Numbered from the stretch's first letter, positions 9,001 to 15,534 are shown. The stretch: DNA of 20,000 nt from an uncultured virus (IMG/VR IMGVR_UViG_3300029448_000020) (IMGVR_UViG_3300029448_000020:47198-67197), one strand, 5' to 3'. Notes: generated by a model not told the origin, from the letters alone. Numbers and translations are program-made.

Positions 9001-10011
9001 TTATTGTCCAAAAAACTCTCTAATTGGTCTGTCCCAGTCACTAAAGTTTATTTGACTTAAATCTAGGTTTAAACCTTTGCTTTTTTTCTTTTTCTTAACA
9101 TTACCTTCATCTCTTCTTACTGGTTGTGGTCTTGATGGTGATCCATCTCTATCAAAACCTTCAATAGTGTCATCATATCTTAAATTATACTTATCGTAGA
9201 ATTTTTTTCTAGCGTCAGTATTAATCTTTGGAGCATCATCCCATGGTATTTTACCAGTTTTTTCAGGAATTACCTCTCCTCCAGTTATTTTACCTACACT
9301 AACTTTACCTTCTTTTTCACCTGTAAGTTTAGCTTCAGGTAATCTTGTTGGTATTGCGCCTTCACCGCTAGGAATATTTAATAAAAAGTTAGTTAAATCA
9401 GCATTTTTATATTTTCCAAATTCACTTAAGTCTGAAAAACCTTCTTTACCTTCTTTTCCTAAGTAAGCAGCGCCACTAGTCCATCTATTACTATATCCTT
9501 TTCCACTACTTTTAGCTCTAACTCCTTGAAACTCGTTCGGTCTAAGTTCTATTTGAAAATCTCCTTTGTCTTTTGAGCCTTGAGTAGCTTTTAATAAACG
9601 CTCTCTTATTGCTTTATCTTTAGTAGATAAGTTTTTAGGGTTCATGCGTTTTATTTGCTCTATGTCTTCTTGTTTTAAATTGAAAGTTCCACCACCTCTT
9701 GATGAAGCAGTATCTTGGCTTGGAGTAAATTGATCACCTTGAGAGTAATTACCTTGCCAATCATCGCCTGCAAATTCTTTATTATCAAAATAATCACGCT
9801 GTCCTCCTCTAGGAAAAGTATCACCTGATTCATGAGAGTATTCACCACCAGACATAGGAAGTCTTTCACCTGTAATTTTACCGTAATCGTCAATCTCTGT
9901 ACCAGCATAGTCAGATGTACCACTAGCCATCTGCTCTAATTCTATACTCTTATATAAAGTGGGTTTCTTTTTACCATGAAACCCACCATATCCTTTCATT
10001 TTAAAGGCCAT
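9001..10011 (-). CDS. Hypothetical low-complexity protein (MAFKM family)
   Basis: 336-aa Gly/Lys/Asp-rich ORF starting MAFKMKGY. Confidence 0.7.
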   Translation of the reverse strand: MAFKMKGYGGFHGKKKPTLYKSIELEQMASGTSDYAGTEIDDYGKITGERLPMSGGEYSHESGDTFPRGGQRDYFDNKEFAGDDWQGNYSQGDQFTPSQDTASSRGGGTFNLKQEDIEQIKRMNPKNLSTKDKAIRERLLKATQGSKDKGDFQIELRPNEFQGVRAKSSGKGYSNRWTSGAAYLGKEGKEGFSDLSEFGKYKNADLTNFLLNIPSGEGAIPTRLPEAKLTGEKEGKVSVGKITGGEVIPEKTGKIPWDDAPKINTDARKKFYDKYNLRYDDTIEGFDRDGSPSRPQPVRRDEGNVKKKKKSKGLNLDLSQINFSDWDRPIREFFGQ

Positions 10012-10017
10012 ATTGTA

Positions 10018-10311
10018 TTATTTAAACGTTTTGACCACTTTCGGCCCTTTTACATACTCTAGCTTTTTAGAAAAATGTTCAACACTAAGTTCTACAGCTT
10101 GTTCTGCACCTTCCATCGTCTCCCTTCTTGTAATATCAACCCAAGAATCTTCATTTTCAGGTTTATTTACTTCTGTTTGATAATATCCGTTAGCTAATTG
10201 TGTTATTCTCCAGTTTTTCTTCTCAGCCAAGTGTTTCCACTCTTCTATTTGTTTCTCTGAAATTTTTGGTTCTGTAGTATATGTACTACTTTTATAGTAT
10301 ATGTATGTCAT
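10018..10311 (-). CDS. Hypothetical phage protein
   Basis: 97-aa globular-looking ORF (NWRITQLANGYYQTE...WVDITRRET). Confidence 0.75.
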   Translation of the reverse strand: MTYIYYKSSTYTTEPKISEKQIEEWKHLAEKKNWRITQLANGYYQTEVNKPENEDSWVDITRRETMEGAEQAVELSVEHFSKKLEYVKGPKVVKTFK

Positions 10312-10363
10312 GTTATTTGGTTTTATTGTTAATTAATTGGTATAAGGACTTTCCTTATTCTAT

Positions 10364-10807
10364 TTATCCTCTGTCAAATAAAAAGTACTCTAGTGTTCCT
10401 GCTCCGTCAGCGTCAACTGTTAGATCCATTGTGTAATCAAACGGAAAGAAAGCAAATTCACCATCTAATAATGTGAATAATCTTGCTGTATCACCAGAAG
10501 CTGTTAAATCAGCTGCTGAACCACCGTCCGCTACGATACCTACGTGAATACTTCTTGTTGATCCTGTTGTGTTCTTCATGTATACAAAGCAACCTACTGT
10601 ACCTCCAGCACCATCACCACCTGATATTGCGTCACCATCAAGTAATGTTGCTTCTGTTGTACTTACTGTTACTGTTTCAGCTTGTACTTTATCTACAGTC
10701 AGAGTATCTGTTGCAGATAACGACAAAGCTATACTCAACGGTCCTGCATCTGTAGTAGCGGTAGACGCATTAGATGTGAGTGAAAATGTTGGTTTTATTA
10801 CTGCCAT
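10364..10807 (-). CDS. Putative virion structural protein, first gene of the late arm
   Basis: 147-aa Thr/Ala/Gly/Asp-rich beta-type protein (FVYMKN...LLDGEFAFFP). Confidence 0.6.
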   Translation of the reverse strand: MAVIKPTFSLTSNASTATTDAGPLSIALSLSATDTLTVDKVQAETVTVSTTEATLLDGDAISGGDGAGGTVGCFVYMKNTTGSTRSIHVGIVADGGSAADLTASGDTARLFTLLDGEFAFFPFDYTMDLTVDADGAGTLEYFLFDRG

Positions 10808-10829
10808 TTTAATTTATTTTTATTTTTTA

Positions 10830-10857
10830 ATAATTACACGGCTTTTTGCCGTTTTTC
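10830..10857 (-). promoter_or_regulatory. Degenerate class II promoter-like motif GAAAAA-N12-GTGTAATTAT; the spacer is a hairpin
   Basis: Same 12-nt spacing as the copies at 10868-10895 and 19616-19643. On the plus strand, ACGGC-TTTTT-GCCGT followed by Ts could instead be a terminator. Confidence 0.35.
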
Positions 10858-10867
10858 TATATTGTAG

Positions 10868-10895
10868 ATAATCACATGGTAGTATAGATATTTAC
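10868..10895 (-). promoter_or_regulatory. Class II promoter-like motif GTAAAT-N12-ATGTGATTAT
   Basis: Both boxes and the spacer length match the element upstream of the ERF gene; it points into the late arm. Confidence 0.55.
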
Positions 10896-10911
10896 TAATG
10901 TACCGGTACTT

Positions 10912-11004
10912 CCCCCGTATTGTAAATATAGGTATTTTGTCTTACACCCCACTAAAAATACCACCCCATCCCCTGGAAAGTCAATCCTTTTACCCCACTC
11001 CCCC
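10912..11004. other. C-run cluster (G-runs on the minus strand) at the transcription divergence point
   Basis: C4-5 runs at 10912-16, 10947-50, 10964-67, 10970-73, 10993-96 and 11000-04 in an otherwise very AT-rich intergenic region. Confidence 0.7.
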
Positions 11005-11035
11005 AATATATATACAATTTCATTATAATCTTTTC

Positions 11036-11066
11036 ACAAACTAACTACGACTATCATTAGATAATA
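11036..11066 (+). promoter_or_regulatory. Class I bipartite repeat, copy 1
   Basis: ACAAACTAACTACGA-ctatcatt-AGATAATA. Confidence 0.75.
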
Positions 11067-11106
11067 ATAATGTAAGTAAAATATAAATAATATAAATATA
11101 ATACTA

Positions 11107-11137
11107 ACAAACTAAATACGAGAATATATAGATAATA
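11107..11137 (+). promoter_or_regulatory. Class I bipartite repeat, copy 2
   Basis: ACAAACTAAATACGA-gaatatat-AGATAATA. Confidence 0.8.
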
Positions 11138-11160
11138 ATAATAACTAAAATATAATAACT

Positions 11161-11379
11161 ATGACAACTAAAAGATTTGTAATAAGAAAGTCCTTAATAG
11201 GTAAAGACGTAACAATAACATTTGTTAACAAGAAAGGTGAAACAGTAAAGTATAGTCACGACGATGTGTATAACAAGTTCAAAGAAAGATTCGACTCAAT
11301 GAATTGCTTTGCTAAATATAAATCATATACTAATAGTAATGCTATGCCAGCTTTCTGCCGAGATATGAAGATTCAGTAA
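11161..11379 (+). CDS. Hypothetical early protein, paralog A
   Basis: 72 aa, clearly similar to 11861..12094 (KRFV.R.SL.GKD.TI...Y.HD.V...CF.KYKSYT.SN..P). Confidence 0.8.
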   Translation: MTTKRFVIRKSLIGKDVTITFVNKKGETVKYSHDDVYNKFKERFDSMNCFAKYKSYTNSNAMPAFCRDMKIQ

Positions 11380-11386
11380 TATCTCG
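11359..11386 (+). other. Hairpin spanning the paralog A stop codon
   Basis: CGAGATAT ... ATATCTCG 8-bp inverted repeat with no U-tract. Confidence 0.45.
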
Positions 11387-11397
11387 CTACATAATAG

Positions 11398-11446
11398 TGT
11401 GACAATTGCTAGTTACTATATCTTTAGTTATAACGCTAATGTCACA
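11398..11446. repeat. Interrupted palindrome TGTGACA...GCTAATGTCACA, copy 1
   Basis: TGTGACAATTGC-N25-GCTAATGTCACA; second copy at 17725-17771. Confidence 0.7.
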
Positions 11447-11530
11447 GTATAAATAATTAATTTGCGAGTAGAGAAGTGACGAGCAATACGTGTACAAGTA
11501 ATTTATTCATTAAACAATTAATATACTTTT

Positions 11531-11561
11531 ACAAACTAAATACGAAACAGTAAAGATAATA
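11531..11561 (+). promoter_or_regulatory. Class I bipartite repeat, copy 3
   Basis: ACAAACTAAATACGA-aacagtaa-AGATAATA. Confidence 0.8.
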
Positions 11562-11580
11562 ATAATGTAAAACAAATGTA

Positions 11581-11658
11581 ATGGAATTTATAATACTAAC
11601 AACAATTTGGATAATAGTAAAAACTGCTGAGAAATTAGCTAAAATAGAAGAAAGATGA
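11581..11658 (+). CDS. 25-aa putative membrane peptide
   Basis: MEFIILTTIWIIVKTAEKLAKIEER; follows repeat copy 3 and has an ATGA overlap with the next ORF. Confidence 0.5.
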   Translation: MEFIILTTIWIIVKTAEKLAKIEER

Positions 11659-11789
11659 TGAAGTACCTAAGTAAAGATAAAGAACAAAGAATACAACAAA
11701 TTGCGCTAATAATACACAATGCAAGAGTGTATGGCGTTGAAGTAAATCAAGAGTTACTTGATGAATACAACAAGTTAACTAAAGAATAA
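11655..11789 (+). CDS. 44-aa hypothetical protein
   Basis: MMKYLSKDKEQRIQQIALIIHNARVYGVEVNQELLDEYNKLTKE; fills the gap up to repeat copy 4. Confidence 0.55.
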   Translation: MMKYLSKDKEQRIQQIALIIHNARVYGVEVNQELLDEYNKLTKE

Positions 11790-11801
11790 TTGTGAGTCGT
11801 C

Positions 11802-11832
11802 ACAATATAAATACGAACAAGTGTAGATAATA
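11802..11832 (+). promoter_or_regulatory. Class I bipartite repeat, copy 4
   Basis: ACAATATAAATACGA-acaagtgt-AGATAATA. Confidence 0.75.
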
Positions 11833-11860
11833 TAAATGTAAATAAATAAAATTAATAATT

Positions 11861-12094
11861 ATGACTAATAATGTAATTCAAAGCAAGAGATTTGTGGTAA
11901 GACAATCACTTGTTGGCAAAGATGCCACTATAAATGTAACATTCAAAAATGGCAAAACTGCGACTTATAATCACGACAAAGTGTTTGCTATCATGAAAGA
12001 TAAGTTACAAGAAATGCCATGCTTTATCAAGTACAAGTCGTACACGGCGAGTAATAACCTACCAATGATGGTAAGAGATAAAGATATCGCCTAA
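11861..12094 (+). CDS. Hypothetical early protein, paralog B
   Basis: 77 aa, similar to 11161..11379. Confidence 0.8.
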   Translation: MTNNVIQSKRFVVRQSLVGKDATINVTFKNGKTATYNHDKVFAIMKDKLQEMPCFIKYKSYTASNNLPMMVRDKDIA

Positions 12095-12285
12095 TGCGTA
12101 GTAAGAAGTTTAGCCACTTCGAAGTATTTAAAGCAGTAATAACAACTCTTTACATCACAAGTGGCATTCTTATGTTTAGTACACTGATAAGTAATGCGTC
12201 ACAAATGTACAAACAAGTAGAAGTAATAGATTCTTATTCAGGAGCAACAATGTATAGTTGCGAGAACTGTGACGAAATAGATTAA
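12094..12285 (+). CDS. Small membrane protein with C-terminal CxxC
   Basis: One hydrophobic helix (AVITTLYITSGILMFSTLI) and a terminal SCENCDEID; TAATG coupling. Confidence 0.65.
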   Translation: MRSKKFSHFEVFKAVITTLYITSGILMFSTLISNASQMYKQVEVIDSYSGATMYSCENCDEID

Positions 12286-12295
12286 GTTATACAAA

Positions 12296-12452
12296 ACCAC
12301 TAATGAAGTGCTGAGTAACTAGTGGTAACTTGAGACGTAGTTGACTACATTTAGCGTCTTATAAATAATGCGAATGAGTAATACAAGGTAGAAAGGCGGC
12401 TGTAGTCCTCTCCGAGTGATGACAATCAAGTGGTTCGAGTCCACAACTACCA
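12296..12452 (+). ncRNA. Putative structured RNA ending in a degenerate tRNA-like element
   Basis: Stems ACCACTA/TAGTGGT (12296-12326) and AGACG/CGTCT (12333-12359); T-arm GTGG-TTCGAGT-CCAC (12430-12444); GGTAG/CTACC acceptor-like pairing (12387-12451). Confidence 0.45.
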
Positions 12453-12454
12453 CT

Positions 12455-12715
12455 ATGAATATAGATAATATAATGAGAAATACGTTCGCTGTCGTGACTA
12501 ATCGATGCGGAGTAGAAGATATTCTTGAATTGTATACAGGTGAAGATGCTATGTTTTATGGCAATCCACTCGATATGCAAGTAGAAGATATTGATGAAGT
12601 AATAAACTACTTCGAAAATACCGAAGAATACGAGAATTGCCAACAGTTACTTGACGTTAAAAATGACAAAGTAGCAGAAGTTTTAACTAAAAAATTGATA
12701 AGAGATGAACTATAA
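12455..12715 (+). CDS. Hypothetical acidic protein with UVR-like EEYENC motif
   Basis: Start moved to ATG 12455, after the tRNA-like element; contains INYFENTEEYENCQQL. Confidence 0.65.
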   Translation: MNIDNIMRNTFAVVTNRCGVEDILELYTGEDAMFYGNPLDMQVEDIDEVINYFENTEEYENCQQLLDVKNDKVAEVLTKKLIRDEL

Positions 12716-12803
12716 TATAAAAGATGAAGAATATAATCAAGAACAATTTGATTATTACAACAGTTACTTAGAAGATCAAGTGGATATTAATATAAATATG
12801 TAA
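12705..12803 (+). CDS. 32-aa acidic peptide
   Basis: MNYNIKDEEYNQEQFDYYNSYLEDQVDININM; fills the gap between two ORFs exactly. Confidence 0.45.
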   Translation: MNYNIKDEEYNQEQFDYYNSYLEDQVDININM

Positions 12804-12805
12804 GT

Positions 12806-13081
12806 ATGAATAAGAAATTATTATTTATAATAGGTTTTGCGGCAAGTTTAAACGCCGCTTGCCAAACCACCTCAACTAATAAAAAAGCTGATAGTTACCA
12901 TAAATGTATAGTAATGAAGTGTGGTAGTGAGATAGATAAGTGTAAAACAATCGCTGGAATTTTAACACCATTTTGTGATAAGCATATAGAAATGATAAGA
13001 AACAACAAAGTTTTAGATGTGTGTAGTGGATGTTACAAGCGATATGTAGATAAATGTAAAGAATTAACATATGAGAAATAA
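12806..13081 (+). CDS. Cys-rich exported protein or lipoprotein
   Basis: Signal peptide MNKKLLFIIGFAASLNAAC followed by multiple Cys residues. Confidence 0.6.
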   Translation: MNKKLLFIIGFAASLNAACQTTSTNKKADSYHKCIVMKCGSEIDKCKTIAGILTPFCDKHIEMIRNNKVLDVCSGCYKRYVDKCKELTYEK

Positions 13082-13358
13082 ATTAATAATAGCTAGTGTA
13101 GCTCTTGGTGGACTAGTAAATGCACAGTGTAATTACAAGTGTGGTTACAATCAAGACGAGAATGGTAATACTGTTCACCTTGAGCAATGTAATGAGTATA
13201 AAAAAATTAAAAAAGACAAATCTCTTGATTTAATTTATAATAGAAAAATACCTTTATACACAAAACCTAATGGACCTATAACTCCGTTAGTTAAATCAAA
13301 GTGGATGGAAAAACTAGTAATGACTTTGGAATATGGTGACACCAACATGGTCGAGTAG
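13071..13358 (+). CDS. Exported protein with signal peptide
   Basis: MRNKLIIASVALGGLVNA|QC: V-x-A cleavage site with Gln at +1, typical of Bacteroidota. Confidence 0.6.
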   Translation: MRNKLIIASVALGGLVNAQCNYKCGYNQDENGNTVHLEQCNEYKKIKKDKSLDLIYNRKIPLYTKPNGPITPLVKSKWMEKLVMTLEYGDTNMVE

Positions 13359-13422
13359 CTTAACTGGATAAAGCAACAGCCTTCTAAGCTGTAGAGTGTG
13401 AGTTCGACTCTCACCTCGATCA
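13349..13422 (+). tRNA. tRNA-Arg (anticodon UCU), CCA not encoded
   Basis: Acceptor GGTCGAG/CTCGATC; D-arm GCTT-AACTGGATA-AAGC; anticodon arm ACAGC-CTTCTAA-GCTGT; T-arm GTGAG-TTCGACT-CTCAC. Confidence 0.95.
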
Positions 13423-13452
13423 CAAATTAAATACGACAACTCGTAGATAATA
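13422..13452 (+). promoter_or_regulatory. Class I bipartite repeat, copy 5
   Basis: ACAAATTAAATACGA-caactcgt-AGATAATA; begins at the tRNA discriminator base. Confidence 0.8.
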
Positions 13453-13459
13453 TAAATAT

Positions 13460-13672
13460 ATGAAATGTAAATGTAAAAAAAATATAATACCAAAAGGACG
13501 TTTGCGACTCGGTTTTAGAGTATGCGTTGAGTGTTCAACTGTCGAAAGATACGGTTGTGCTCCAGTCATTAACCATAAGACAGGCAACACTATTCAAATT
13601 ATGTCGCAAGAAGACGCTAAACGCATAGCTAAACTGACTCGTAGACGTGGATATGGTACAATGCTTAAATAA
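13460..13672 (+). CDS. DksA/TraR-like C4 zinc-finger protein
   Basis: CKCKKNIIPKGRLRLGFRVCVECS resembles the C..C...IP..RL......C..C pattern of DksA/TraR fingers, with CxC as the first pair. Confidence 0.55.
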   Translation: MKCKCKKNIIPKGRLRLGFRVCVECSTVERYGCAPVINHKTGNTIQIMSQEDAKRIAKLTRRRGYGTMLK

Positions 13673-13679
13673 TAAATAT

Positions 13680-13883
13680 ATGAATAGAATTAAAATACTT
13701 AAAAACGGGAACTTAGTAATGACTAAGTCAGATGTAGAAATAACTTATAGACCATACAAGGTTGGTGATTTACCAAAAGACTTTGGCTGTATAGAATATA
13801 AAAGACCAAGTGGCAAGCTAAGAGATGGTATTGACAACTGGTTCAAGTACAAAGGTTTAACTTACGTAGCTATTACAAAATAA
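13680..13883 (+). CDS. Hypothetical protein
   Basis: Likely start MNRIKILK at 13680; the stop codon lies inside repeat copy 6. Confidence 0.7.
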   Translation: MNRIKILKNGNLVMTKSDVEITYRPYKVGDLPKDFGCIEYKRPSGKLRDGIDNWFKYKGLTYVAITK

Positions 13884-13905
13884 ATACGACAAGTAACAGA
13901 TAATA
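13875..13905 (+). promoter_or_regulatory. Class I bipartite repeat, copy 6
   Basis: ACAAAATAAATACGA-caagtaac-AGATAATA. Confidence 0.8.
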
Positions 13906-13910
13906 ATAAT

Positions 13911-14030
13911 ATGAAAATACAACGAAAAGACATACAAACAAGAGATCCTTACTGGAAAGTAGCGTCATTCAAGCGTATTCATAAGAGTAAAAAGACTTAT
14001 ACTCGTAAAAATAAGCATAAAAATAAATAA
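13911..14030 (+). CDS. 39-aa basic ArfA-like peptide
   Basis: MKIQRKDIQTRDPYWKVASFKRIHKSKKTYTRKNKHKNK; not in the ORF track; ATG lies 5 nt after repeat copy 6. Confidence 0.55.
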   Translation: MKIQRKDIQTRDPYWKVASFKRIHKSKKTYTRKNKHKNK

Positions 14031-14033
14031 TAT

Positions 14034-14618
14034 ATGACAAAAGTAAAAACAATGGAAGAAGCATACCGAGTATTTGAACTACTTGGTATTAAAGATGTCA
14101 CGAAAAAGTGGCAAAAGAAACAAGGTACTGAAGTATTTGAGTTGCCATTTAAAACTATGTGCTACAACGGTCAAGCAGAAACTAATAGATTCTCGATCTA
14201 CAAAAGTGGTTATATACGTAAAATGGTAGTTCATCCAACTAGTAATGCAAGTTATAGTTGCTATCAACTAAATAAAACTCGCAAATCTGATGAGTATTTC
14301 AAAGATTATGACTACGATGGCAAGTGGACAGGTAAATATCGTAAAAGCAACAGAACAGAGCGAATTATGATAGATACTCACAGAGATCGAGTAGTATATT
14401 TATGTAATTACATACTAAAAAATTACTATAATAGTAATAAAATGAACTTAGTTGGCGAATATACTATGAAAAGAGTAGCAGAAGTACATGGCGAATGGTG
14501 GAGAAACGAAAGAAAACACGACGAGTGGCCATTTGAAGATGTAAAAAGAAACGATGTAGACTACGAACCTAAAGAAGTTCAAATAATAATTGACGGACAC
14601 CGTTATAAAGTAATATAA
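14034..14618 (+). CDS. Hypothetical protein
   Basis: 194-aa ORF with no motif I recognise. Confidence 0.8.
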   Translation: MTKVKTMEEAYRVFELLGIKDVTKKWQKKQGTEVFELPFKTMCYNGQAETNRFSIYKSGYIRKMVVHPTSNASYSCYQLNKTRKSDEYFKDYDYDGKWTGKYRKSNRTERIMIDTHRDRVVYLCNYILKNYYNSNKMNLVGEYTMKRVAEVHGEWWRNERKHDEWPFEDVKRNDVDYEPKEVQIIIDGHRYKVI

Positions 14619-14619
14619 A

Positions 14620-14871
14620 ATGATAGAAGAATTAAAAGATTTAGAACAAGAAGCGATGGATGAGTTAACGCCTGAAGACTATATGGCAATCACCTCTAAT
14701 GTAATGGACGACTATGATCGACCAATATACCAAAGTGGCTACATAGATGGCTTACAAACAGCTATAAGAATGCTTAGTAGTGATGATACTACCATGAGTT
14801 ATACAATGGAGATTGATGAGATGTTTGGTGAGGACTATGCTAAAGTAGATGAAGACGAAGACACAAAATAA
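14620..14871 (+). CDS. Highly acidic hypothetical protein
   Basis: 83 aa, Asp/Glu-rich; the stop codon lies inside repeat copy 7. Confidence 0.7.
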   Translation: MIEELKDLEQEAMDELTPEDYMAITSNVMDDYDRPIYQSGYIDGLQTAIRMLSSDDTTMSYTMEIDEMFGEDYAKVDEDEDTK

Positions 14872-14893
14872 ATACGATTGCTTCAAGATAATA
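14863..14893 (+). promoter_or_regulatory. Class I bipartite repeat, copy 7
   Basis: ACAAAATAAATACGA-ttgcttca-AGATAATA. Confidence 0.8.
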
Positions 14894-14914
14894 ATAATAT
14901 AAAAAATAAATAAT

Positions 14915-15115
14915 ATGCCAAATATGAGTTACTGTAGGTTTGAAAACACTACAATAGATATAGATGATTGCTTAGCTGCGATACAAGATTCTCACGAAGA
15001 ATGTGCTGATTTAAGTAGACGTGAGGTGCAAGCTTTACAAAGATTACTAGAACAAGCAGAAGAAATAGTAGATTTATCGCATGATATTGAACAAATAATA
15101 GAAAAATATAACTAA
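14915..15115 (+). CDS. Conserved phage hypothetical protein (MSYCRFENT type)
   Basis: N-terminal NMSYCRFENT motif that I recall from small proteins of many phages. Confidence 0.75.
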   Translation: MPNMSYCRFENTTIDIDDCLAAIQDSHEECADLSRREVQALQRLLEQAEEIVDLSHDIEQIIEKYN

Positions 15116-15129
15116 AAATAACTCAAAAA

Positions 15130-15534
15130 TGCGGGGCGAGGGACGTGTAGAACTTAAAGATGGGGTTAATCCGTTTGGACACCTCGGTTCATCTAACCTT
15201 CTTGCCGCAGTGACCTGACTATATCTATGTATAAAGATGAGGTTGGTCACACGTGAACTAGGTGGTTCAATGTAGGATAAAGCATTCAAGGGAGTGGGAG
15301 CGAAATCTCCAGTTAACTATAAACTACTCGGTCTTGATGGTACCACACCTACAGTTCACAACAGCTTGAAATGGACAAAACAGGGTGATACGCACCGCGT
15401 AATTTGCCTGACGAGGTGGGAGGTTCGATTCCTCCCCAAGCTGCAAGATATGTGCCTAAATGTGAAATTCATAGCAAGGTCGCAAGTACCTGCAGAAGGC
15501 TTGTATGGATAGAGTTAAAGCCTCTATACATATC
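15130..15534 (+). ncRNA. Putative ~405-nt multi-domain structured RNA or ncRNA cluster, including a tRNA-like domain
   Basis: Five back-to-back closed stems: TGCGG/CCGCA, GTGACC/GGTCAC, GTGAACT/AGTTCAC, CAGCTTG/CAAGCTG (with T-arm GGAGG-TTCGATT-CCTCC) and GATATGT/ACATATC. GC content is higher than in the flanks. Confidence 0.65.

Noticed and set aside
671..10871. Plus-strand ORFs in the left arm (671, 2938, 3294, 3609, 5435, 7188, 8851, 10483, 10569) and nested minus ORFs 2876 and 9675
   Set aside because: Antisense or out-of-frame shadows of well-supported, tightly packed minus-strand genes, with atypical composition.
11791..11804. TGTGA-GTCG-TCACA as a CRP site
   Set aside because: The spacer is 4 nt rather than 6 and there is only one copy. 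It may be a small hairpin or a relative of the TGTGACA palindrome, but I cannot support that.
15294..15512. 72-aa plus-strand ORF with a GTG start
   Set aside because: No A-rich leader, composition unlike neighbouring genes, and it runs through strong stems and a T-arm; ncRNA explains it better.
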